Shown here one piece after another: positions 56,747 to 64,000 of a DNA stretch of 64,000 nt. A model generated the notes under the pieces. That model was not told the DNA's origin and made no database searches. It saw only the letters and a list, made by a program, of their open reading frames with translations. This DNA comes from Candidatus Omnitrophota bacterium. Its GTDB lineage: Bacteria; Omnitrophota; Omnitrophia; Omnitrophales; Aquincolibacteriaceae. Position numbers and translations under genes: made by a program. The DNA lies in NCBI GenBank assembly GCA_049324575.1, contig JBMONI010000004.1, forward strand, positions 43,960-107,959, given 5' to 3'. How positions within the stretch are numbered: position 1 is the stretch's first letter; every line of letters begins with the position of its first letter.

Positions 56747-59364
56747 GGCTTCTTCGCTTTCAGACGATAATTACATTCTTCGCAATAGTAATTACCATCG
56801 ACAACGCTGAACTTCCCCGTGCCATCGGCGACCATACAAACATCGATATCTTTTTCCTGTTGCGAGTCCCATTCATAATCAGGATATTCGCGATCCGGTG
56901 AATATTTACTTTCCGGCGCACAGCACTGCGAATGAAGCGTACGCGTCTTGGCGCAAACCCGGTCCGTGGGCGGAGCCCCATGAGGGATTTCCATTCCTCC
57001 GCAAACACGATCGCCCGCCCGGTAGGTCTTGATATTATCGATCGAGGACGGGCTCATGAGGGAGGCTGCACTGTCCGAGCACCACTGCCAGCTATTGGAG
57101 CTTTTTTTATAGCACGGTTTAGTACCCGTGATGCGTGTCCCCGACTTGGCCTGTGCGGTATAGGCGAAGTAATAACAGCCATCCCCGGCATAGCCGACAT
57201 CCCCATAACCCGCCGCACACGTAGGAAGCGGGTCATTATCATCACCGCGCGACACACAACTTCCTTCCCCGTCTCGGATCTGACACCGCATTCCCTTGGG
57301 GCAATCCGAACTGCGCCTGCACCCATTTCCATCATCATCGTCATCGTCGTCGTCACCTTTGCCGCCACCGCCGCCTCCTCCGCCGCCGCCGTCATCATCC
57401 CCGCCGTCATCATCCCCGCCGTCGTCATCCCCGCCGTCATCATCCCCGTCGTCATCATCCCCGCTGTCATCATCATCGCCTTCATCGGACGATTTGCATA
57501 CACCGCTGGCGGAGCCGCTTACAATATCGCATTTCATATTGCATGTTCCGTTTATGGTGATCGCGCAGCAATCTGCATCACTTTGACAACCCTCGGCCAT
57601 TTTGCACACGCCTTTTCCATCGCTGATCACACAAGTATAGAAACACAGGGACGGTCCCGTGCAACAATCGGCAGTCGAGCTACAGCCCGTATCGATCGTC
57701 TCACACACCCCTTTCCCGTTAGTGATCTTACAAGTTTTGTTGCATGGAACTTGTCCATTACAACAATCGGCCGCTGTCGCGCACCCCGTATCGATCGTCT
57801 TACAAACTCCTTTCCCGTTAGTGATCTCGCAAGTTTTGTTGCATGGAACTTGTCCATTACAACAATCGGCCGCCGTCGCGCACCCCGATGAGATGCTAAC
57901 GCAATACCCGGCCCGGTCGTCCGCGGTTTTGAATTCGCATTTTTGGCCCGTCGCACAATCCGTTTTGCTATAGCAGCGTCCTTCCATTTTATTCAAAACA
58001 CAACGATACATGATCTTAGTAGTTCCAGTGCTGATATCCGGTACCGTGATCTGCTCGCCCCCGATATCGCACATTTCATGGCTCTCGCAATCACCTCCGG
58101 ACTCACACAATTCTTTCTTCTCACAGGCCCCGCCGCCCTCAGGACAATACTGCCAGCTTGCCGGACATCCGTTCTCTTCCGAGCAAGGCCTCCCTGTGCA
58201 ATTCCCGTACTGATTCCCCGACAGTTTTTCGCACATGGCCGCACCCTGGCATTGGCTATCCGTACTGCAATCCCCATAGCTTCGCCCCTGACAAATCCCG
58301 AACTCCCCTCCGTTCTTGTTTTCGCAGACACCGCCGTTCTTGCAGTCCAAATCTCCTTGGCACTCGCATCGGCCACTGGTGACCCGGTTACCGCTTACGG
58401 GCCCATTCACGCAAATCGAATAATTTTTCCCTTCTTTGGGACGGCAAACCATGCATCCCGAGCAGTCCTCATTGCTATCGCAGGTTTTCCCGGGATCGAA
58501 TTCACAAAACCCGGTCGAGGTTTGGCAAACCTCTTCAGGCTCACAATCCGAGCTGCTCCGGCATCCGGATTCGCATTTCCCGTAACTCGCCCCCGGGTAG
58601 GGCGCTTTGCAGAACGTGCCCGCGGCGCAATCGTCATTGGACCCGCAGGTTGCCAAACAAACCCCGTAGCGATCTGAAAAATTCTGCTTATAGCATTGGC
58701 TGCCCGGCTGGCATTGCGAATCGCTTTCGCATCCACATTGGCCGCCGCTTCCCCCCGAAGGAGAATCCACGCAGGTCCCGTTACTGCAATATTGGCAGCC
58801 GGTTTGGCATTCCGCATTGGACCGGCATCCCGGCATGCACCCCCCTTTTGCGGCGTTCGGAGAATTCTTCTGGCAATATTCTCCGGCCGCGCATTGGTCA
58901 TGACTTTGGCACTGCGTCACACAGCTCCCGACCTCATCCCCCGCATTCGCCTTTTTGCAAACCGTCCCGCTCTCGCAGTCCGAATCAAGGAGGCATTCAC
59001 CGGTCGAAGGCCCGCGGCACACCCCGAGCGGCTCTCCCGGATCTCCCTTGATACAGACGTCCCCGGTTTTGCAATGTTCGGCCGATTCGCATTCGCAACG
59101 CCCATCTCCCGCGCCCGTCCCGCTGGTCGGCCCGGCCACACATTTTTTGATGCTTCCGACGAGACCGCAGACTTCGCAACCCGAGCAATCATTGTTGTTG
59201 TTGCATTCATTGGGTCTCACGAGACAAACCCCGAAGCCCGGTGTAAAAAGATGACAATATTTTTCCGGCGTGCATTCACTATCCGAGGTGCAGGCCCATA
59301 ATGCATCTTGGGCTAAAAAAGCCAGCAACAAAGCAAAACTAAATGGTATGAAGCGCCGGTTCAT
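56740..59364 (-). CDS. Secreted cysteine-rich repeat protein (~874 aa)
   Basis: ATG 59364 after GAGGTG; signal peptide ending ALWA; CxxDxDC repeats homologous to the 1,208-aa protein; Asp/Gly tract. Confidence 0.88.
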   Translation of the reverse strand: MNRRFIPFSFALLLAFLAQDALWACTSDSECTPEKYCHLFTPGFGVCLVRPNECNNNNDCSGCEVCGLVGSIKKCVAGPTSGTGAGDGRCECESAEHCKTGDVCIKGDPGEPLGVCRGPSTGECLLDSDCESGTVCKKANAGDEVGSCVTQCQSHDQCAAGEYCQKNSPNAAKGGCMPGCRSNAECQTGCQYCSNGTCVDSPSGGSGGQCGCESDSQCQPGSQCYKQNFSDRYGVCLATCGSNDDCAAGTFCKAPYPGASYGKCESGCRSSSDCEPEEVCQTSTGFCEFDPGKTCDSNEDCSGCMVCRPKEGKNYSICVNGPVSGNRVTSGRCECQGDLDCKNGGVCENKNGGEFGICQGRSYGDCSTDSQCQGAAMCEKLSGNQYGNCTGRPCSEENGCPASWQYCPEGGGACEKKELCESGGDCESHEMCDIGGEQITVPDISTGTTKIMYRCVLNKMEGRCYSKTDCATGQKCEFKTADDRAGYCVSISSGCATAADCCNGQVPCNKTCEITNGKGVCKTIDTGCATAADCCNGQVPCNKTCKITNGKGVCETIDTGCSSTADCCTGPSLCFYTCVISDGKGVCKMAEGCQSDADCCAITINGTCNMKCDIVSGSASGVCKSSDEGDDDDSGDDDDGDDDGGDDDGGDDDGGDDDGGGGGGGGGGKGDDDDDDDDGNGCRRSSDCPKGMRCQIRDGEGSCVSRGDDNDPLPTCAAGYGDVGYAGDGCYYFAYTAQAKSGTRITGTKPCYKKSSNSWQWCSDSAASLMSPSSIDNIKTYRAGDRVCGGMEIPHGAPPTDRVCAKTRTLHSQCCAPESKYSPDREYPDYEWDSQQEKDIDVCMVADGTGKFSVVDGNYYCEECNYRLKAKKPC
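57331..57480 (-). repeat. 15-bp coding repeats (GDDDG) and poly-Gly/poly-Asp tract
   Basis: Tandem ccgccgtcatcatcc units. Confidence 0.85.
57686..57886 (-). repeat. 99-bp near-identical tandem duplication (33 aa)
   Basis: GCATAADCCNGQVPCNKTC[EK]ITNGKGVC[KE]TIDT occurs twice, followed by degenerate copies. Confidence 0.9.
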
Positions 59365-59609
59365 TTTTTCCACCTCGGTTGAAGATTTTATATCTCATTC
59401 GATCCATTTTGATCATTTCCTTATTTGCGCTGTTCTAATATAAGAATTTGCATAAGTTTTGATAGAAATCTATTGAATTATGGCGAGAGGAAAAAAAGGC
59501 TATCCGGGAGGCAACAAAAGCCGTGGCCAGATCAAAGTCCCCCGAGGGGCCTAGGGAGCGCCCTTCAAAGTCTGCTTCGGCCGGAAGAAGCCGGTGCGAG
59601 AGATCCGTC

Positions 59610-61031
59610 TTAGCGGGTATGGCTGAACTTGGGATGGAGGATCCCGAGGCAGGCTCCCATGAAAGTGTAGACAAGGATGTTCATGTTGAAGTTCTCAAGG
59701 AGTGGATGGATCGTCGCGTGGCCGTGCACCATAACGAGCCAGGAAAAGATCGCTAATCCGATAATAAATTGATACCGGCTGGCCGCATGCAAAAGGCCGC
59801 TGATCACTTCCGCGAAAAACAGGATCAGAAAAAGATAATAGAGATAGGCGCCGACACCTTCTTCAGCCCATATCTGCAAATAATGATTCATGGCATAGTC
59901 TTCGGCCAAAGTCATTCGATGATCCGGTCGTAGTCCGGTTTTTTCTTGAATCAAGGGATATAAACGTAAATAGCCGTCGGTCCCGACACCCCAAACTGGA
60001 AATTCTCGGTGCATGGCTAAAGCGATCTTCCCCGCGTGTAAATTTTCACTAAAGCTCGTCGGGCTTTTGATTTCATTTTCCAGCGTTTGGACTTCCTGAA
60101 ATGTCGATTTGAAACTCCCGCTACTAAAGAAATATCCGACAACGAGCAATCCGGCCATCCCCGCAGCCAGCCAAACCCTGGATGCCTGAAGCTTCCACAA
60201 GAGCACGCTGACAAAAACAAGAACAGCCATAACAAACCAACTGATGCTCCCGCGCGAAAAGAAACCCAGGATCGAGAGCGTTCCAAGCCCCACCGCCAGC
60301 ATGGGGAAAAGGATTTCGAACAGATTAACCCGACTGCGGCTCGCCCTCCGGCTCCCTTCGCGATCGAATTGCACGAATGCATAAATAAATGAGGCCGCAC
60401 CCAGGAACACTCCGATCGCGACGAGATCCCCCATCAGGTTATGCCAGGCGAAGGTGCCGAGAAAATATTTCGAAATTAATGGGTGACAATACAGAATCGG
60501 GAAGAAAAAAATCTGAAGCCCAGGAATAACGTAGCCCCAGCTCCCGTCCTGAAATAATGACGGGAGGTGATTCGCTATGAGAAAAAGAACACTCCCGAGG
60601 GTGACGCTGACGAGAGCTTTAGTGGGACGGCGCGATGAAAAAAGAACATAGGAAATTGTCATCAGCGAAAAATAAAAAAACCAGTCTAAAGGCGCCTTGG
60701 AATAAAATTGAAAAGGCTCCCAAAAAAGAACACGATCATGCGGTTGTCCCTTCGCAAAGAAAAGAACTGCCCACAAAAATCGCAAAATCTGGAATAGCAG
60801 CAATGCAATAAAACAACAAAGCGCACTGCTAAGTGAGATGCCACGGCGGGGTTTTAAAACCCGAAAATTGACAACAAATAACACCAACAGAGCAAATGCC
60901 AACAGCATACGAAAATTCGCATGGTGTTCTTCGCCATGCTTGAAGGTGTGATTGTCGAATCCAAGCGCAAGGAACGCGATGGCGATAAAAGCACAGAACA
61001 GTACAAGATACCCCTTTGCAGAGCTGCGCAA
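59610..61031 (-). CDS. O-antigen ligase-family membrane protein, copy 1
   Basis: Multi-TM; WHNL, FSRG, PVWGVGT and AMNHYLQIWAEEG. TTG start after AAGGGG. Confidence 0.85.
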   Translation of the reverse strand: MRSSAKGYLVLFCAFIAIAFLALGFDNHTFKHGEEHHANFRMLLAFALLVLFVVNFRVLKPRRGISLSSALCCFIALLLFQILRFLWAVLFFAKGQPHDRVLFWEPFQFYSKAPLDWFFYFSLMTISYVLFSSRRPTKALVSVTLGSVLFLIANHLPSLFQDGSWGYVIPGLQIFFFPILYCHPLISKYFLGTFAWHNLMGDLVAIGVFLGAASFIYAFVQFDREGSRRASRSRVNLFEILFPMLAVGLGTLSILGFFSRGSISWFVMAVLVFVSVLLWKLQASRVWLAAGMAGLLVVGYFFSSGSFKSTFQEVQTLENEIKSPTSFSENLHAGKIALAMHREFPVWGVGTDGYLRLYPLIQEKTGLRPDHRMTLAEDYAMNHYLQIWAEEGVGAYLYYLFLILFFAEVISGLLHAASRYQFIIGLAIFSWLVMVHGHATIHPLLENFNMNILVYTFMGACLGILHPKFSHTR

Positions 61032-61107
61032 ATCATCCCCTTTCGCAATCAGGTGCCGATTAATTCCCTATCCTCACCTGCATGACCGTCGAGTTCCCTG
61101 CAATTTA

Positions 61108-61977
61108 CTACTCTCGTTTTGGGTCTTTTTGGTACTTGCAGCAAAATAGTGAATCCCTCGAATTGCCTTCCGTACAGTGCCCGGCCCCTACATAGACATA
61201 ATCTTTAGGCGGTGGGCACGAGCTGGGAAAGATCGAACCTTCGTCGCAAGTCGGAGTTCCGCCATTTTTGCTACACGGCTTTGTAACATCAATGCCACTT
61301 ATCGCGCCATCATTGCACACGATTTTTCGCCGCGCCGGAGCCGCGGGCTCATCGACTATACATTTCCAGGAGGGGTTATCATGATCTTGCCACGGACTGA
61401 CACACTCGGGCTCCCCCATGCTTGCCACCCCCCCATGTTTTTTACATTTTTCGTCCGCTTGTTCTTCATCACTAGGATTTCCTCCAGGAGGGTCCGTGGG
61501 ATCTGTCGGATCTGTTTTAGGATCACCACCCGGAGGAGTCTTCTTGTCCTTACAGCAATCCGACGGTAAAGCAGGCCCCGCGCTTGCGCCGGGACATTGA
61601 GGTGTTCCCGTGCGCTCCTGGTTCGCGCCACATCCATTCTGGGGACTGCCTCCACTGGGACAAGTCGCTTTCGCTTCTGTATAAATCCTGCCTTTTGCAT
61701 TGCATATGCAACCAGACTCCGCTTGGTTCGTACAGTATTCATCCTTTGCGGTATAACATTCCATGCCCTCACTACTCTGAGGAAGATTACTCCACGAATG
61801 AGCTCCCGTGCACTGCCTGGAAGGCGCACATACATGCTTATTTCCTCCACCTCCGCCGCCCCCTGCGCCTCCTCCCTTACCATCCTTAGCTGGCGCCGCG
61901 TATGTTTCACCCATCATGAGGCAAAAGGCGCAGAAAAAACACCCCACTATGCCCAAATACGTTCGTGAGATCTTCAT
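61108..61977 (-). CDS. Secreted cysteine-rich protein (289 aa)
   Basis: AGGAGG RBS; signal peptide ending TYA; poly-Gly, many Cys and a Pro/Asp/Thr linker. Confidence 0.85.
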   Translation of the reverse strand: MKISRTYLGIVGCFFCAFCLMMGETYAAPAKDGKGGGAGGGGGGGNKHVCAPSRQCTGAHSWSNLPQSSEGMECYTAKDEYCTNQAESGCICNAKGRIYTEAKATCPSGGSPQNGCGANQERTGTPQCPGASAGPALPSDCCKDKKTPPGGDPKTDPTDPTDPPGGNPSDEEQADEKCKKHGGVASMGEPECVSPWQDHDNPSWKCIVDEPAAPARRKIVCNDGAISGIDVTKPCSKNGGTPTCDEGSIFPSSCPPPKDYVYVGAGHCTEGNSRDSLFCCKYQKDPKRE

Positions 61978-62057
61978 CGTTTTCTCCTCCTGAGAGAATT
62001 TTTATAGCTTAAAAGAACAGAACTTTTTAAAAACATCGATGAGCGATACCTAGCATA

Positions 62058-62086
62058 AGTATACATGGCAGAAAGACTAATTTCAA
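62058..62086 (-). promoter_or_regulatory. Sigma70-like promoter of the Cys-rich/ligase cluster
   Basis: Minus strand TTGAAA-N17-TATACT, about 80 bp upstream of ATG 61977. Confidence 0.6.
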
Positions 62087-62218
62087 ATCGTTTAAAAGTA
62101 GTTCAATAGAGGGTGATTTTGAGCATTTTTCTCCTTTTTCTGATTAAAAGATCTTGATTTTTTTTAGGCGTCTAATTTTAAGTCCTGGGATTTGGAGGCT
62201 TCCCCTCTTCCAGAAGGG

Positions 62219-62367
62219 CGTAGGGCGCACGAAAGTGTGCCCTGCGGTTGGCTCTGTGGACTTCCGAAGAACCCCTTCCCTGATGCCTTCCAACCAAAGA
62301 GCGGTCCGGCACTGCAACGGAAGAATATCGATGTTATCCATACAGGGCACGCGGAAGTGTCCCTACG
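62219..62367. repeat. REPIN-like inverted pair of GTAG REP elements
   Basis: cgtagggcgcac-gaaa-gtgtgccctg (62219-62244) and, on the opposite strand, cgtagggacac-ttcc-gcgtgccctg (62343-62367), about 100 bp apart. Confidence 0.65.
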
Positions 62368-62397
62368 ATCTTAAAAAAACTTTGGAAAATAAAGCCG

Positions 62398-63084
62398 TTA
62401 GCGCACGATGCTGCGAACGAACGCATCGCTTGGGGCAAGGCCGCTGGACTGAAGGCTCTCGAGGGTCTTTTTCGCGGTCGTTTTGGATTCGAAGGCATTG
62501 GCGCAAACTTGATAGTACTCCCCGCTCGGAATGACAAAGCCGTCAAAACCTTTCTCTTCCAGTTTCTGGATCTGGCGGGTCGCGGCAGACTCGGTCTTGT
62601 AGGTCAGCACCTGGATCGTGTATTTGCCGTCCTGGCGGCGTTCTGTGATCGTGCGGGTCGCGCGCGTCGTCGTTGTTTCACTCTGGAAGGTCGTGACCAC
62701 CCCATCCCCGGGGATTGCCGGCGTTTCCGGTTCACGCACGGAGTCCCCGTCGATCTGGACCGCCGGCGCGGCGACCGGCTCGATCACATTGACGCGCATC
62801 GAGGCCAGGCCATCGACCTTGGCGCGGAGATCCTCGACCTGGGCCGTGTATTTGGCTTCGATCTTTTTCACCGTAGCCGCGGCGCCCTGTTTTCCGGCGT
62901 CATAGCCCGCCGAATAGACCCAGACCCCGGCGACCATAGCGCCGATTCCGAGAAAGAGAAGATGATCCAGCCGGAAGGTTAATGAAAAACGCTCGAAAAA
63001 AGGCGTTCGCGGGACCCCCATTTTCCGGGGCAAGCTGCTGGCAACATCAAAAAGATCGGCCTGGCGGCCACGTAAAATTTCCAT
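62398..63084 (-). CDS. SPOR domain membrane protein
   Basis: TM helix followed by GYDAG, and a C-terminal SPOR domain (YTIQVLTYK...YYQVCANAF...DAFVR). Confidence 0.85.
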   Translation of the reverse strand: MEILRGRQADLFDVASSLPRKMGVPRTPFFERFSLTFRLDHLLFLGIGAMVAGVWVYSAGYDAGKQGAAATVKKIEAKYTAQVEDLRAKVDGLASMRVNVIEPVAAPAVQIDGDSVREPETPAIPGDGVVTTFQSETTTTRATRTITERRQDGKYTIQVLTYKTESAATRQIQKLEEKGFDGFVIPSGEYYQVCANAFESKTTAKKTLESLQSSGLAPSDAFVRSIVR

Positions 63085-64000
63085 GGAATAATTTACGGCA
63101 AAGGTCGCTCAAAACATAAGCGCTTGGCCGCAATTTTCTTCCGAGGGTCTCGAAATCGATCTCCACAATCCCAAACCGGGGCCCAAACCCCTTGTCCCAC
63201 TCGAAATTATCCAAAAGGGACCAATACAGATAACCGCCTACGGGAACCCCTTCCCGCATGGCCCTTTCGACCCATTCCAGATGCCCGCGGATATAGAGTT
63301 CGCGTTCCGCGTCGGTTTCCGTGCAAGTACCGTTCTCGGTGATCACGATCGGAAGTTTCATCCGCTTCAGTTTCTTCAGGAGCTTATAAAGCCCCTTCGG
63401 GAAGAATTCCCAGCCGAGCACGTTTTTCATGACCCCCGGCTCGGGAGGCTCATCGAGGCTGATCTCCCCGAACTGGCGCATTTGGCTCCACTCGACCATG
63501 CGGATGCGGTGACGCATGTAATAGTTGAGGCCGATGAAATCGAGCGCGCCGCGGTGCGGCAGAAATTCGCAAAAACGGCCGGGAAAGAAAAGAAAGCCCG
63601 TCCAGACGGCCTGCAGGAAAAGCTCGTTGAAGAACCAGTGCCGGAGGCGCGTCACGAACCGGTCGGCCAGAGAACCGCGGCGGCTCGGCACCATATAGGT
63701 CATGTGCTTCGCCACGCTCACCCAAACGGGGCCCCAGCCCTGGATTTCATAGATCTCGTGGATCGCGCGGTAGGCCCGGACATGCGCCAGGATCATGGTC
63801 CGGAACACCCGGGCCATTTCATCGATCGATTTGTGGCCGGGCGGCCAGACGCCGAGATAATAAGCGTGCGAAAGATAGACGACCGGTTCGTTGATCGTGA
63901 TCCAGACGCGGACCTCGCGACCGAAGCGCAGGACGGCCCGGCGGACAAAGGCGGTGAAATCGTCGACGGCGGTTTCGGCGAGCCAGCCCCCTTTCCGGGC
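63047..64000 (-). CDS. Glycoside hydrolase family 1 (beta-glucosidase-like), 5'-truncated
   Basis: WITINEP (acid/base), DFIGLNYY, ITENG (nucleophile) and WSLLDNFEW..G...RFG. Frame is open to the window edge. Confidence 0.95.
   Translation of the reverse strand, partial: ARKGGWLAETAVDDFTAFVRRAVLRFGREVRVWITINEPVVYLSHAYYLGVWPPGHKSIDEMARVFRTMILAHVRAYRAIHEIYEIQGWGPVWVSVAKHMTYMVPSRRGSLADRFVTRLRHWFFNELFLQAVWTGFLFFPGRFCEFLPHRGALDFIGLNYYMRHRIRMVEWSQMRQFGEISLDEPPEPGVMKNVLGWEFFPKGLYKLLKKLKRMKLPIVITENGTCTETDAERELYIRGHLEWVERAMREGVPVGGYLYWSLLDNFEWDKGFGPRFGIVEIDFETLGRKLRPSAYVLSDLCRKLFHGNFTWPPGRSF

Noticed and set aside
57331-57886. Possible CRISPR array
   Set aside because: The repeats are contiguous, in-frame coding repeats without unique spacers, and no cas genes are present.
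59290-59364. Lipoprotein lipobox (LWAC) in the ~874-aa Cys-rich protein
   Set aside because: Non-canonical Trp and polar QD precede it, the Cys belongs to the first CxxDxEC repeat, and the paralogue lacks a lipobox.
62185-62370. Riboswitch or ncRNA (GAAA-tetraloop hairpin), for example c-di-GMP-I
   Set aside because: Lacks the conserved riboswitch core I would expect and is better explained as an inverted REP pair.
63047-64000. GH1 as a functional partner of the giant glucan system
   Set aside because: It lies 26 kb away, overlaps a SPOR gene instead, and nothing in the sequence indicates its substrate.

Overview
GC-rich bacterial window in which every supportable gene lies on the minus strand. 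A PVC 'small basic protein' and giant genes carrying an IQDAH...GGFH N-terminal domain point to Candidatus Omnitrophota (inference). Left part: two tandem giant genes. One is a 9,994-aa CDS (6515-36499). The other is a paralogue missed by the ORF track (6271 to beyond position 1, >2,090 aa, HEAT-repeat modules). By motif reading, the 9,994-aa protein appears to fuse a cyclic beta-1,2-glucan-synthase-like (GT84) domain, a circularly permuted GH144/GH189-like barrel, a peptidoglycan-binding/3D module, six TolC-like repeats (possibly a single-chain TolC trimer) and many TM helices. Both giants are punctuated by R-[SA]-E-x-R motifs at module boundaries. Middle: tRNA-Ala(CGC), a lipid-scavenging operon, PilZ/YajQ/SPOR/GNAT genes and the small basic protein. 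Right: three tandem pairs of a secreted Cys-rich repeat protein plus a divergent O-antigen-ligase-family protein, followed by two paralogous (alpha/alpha)-barrel proteins (one fused to AMMECR1), then a SPOR protein and a partial GH1. All domain calls come from manual motif recognition; no database searches were run.
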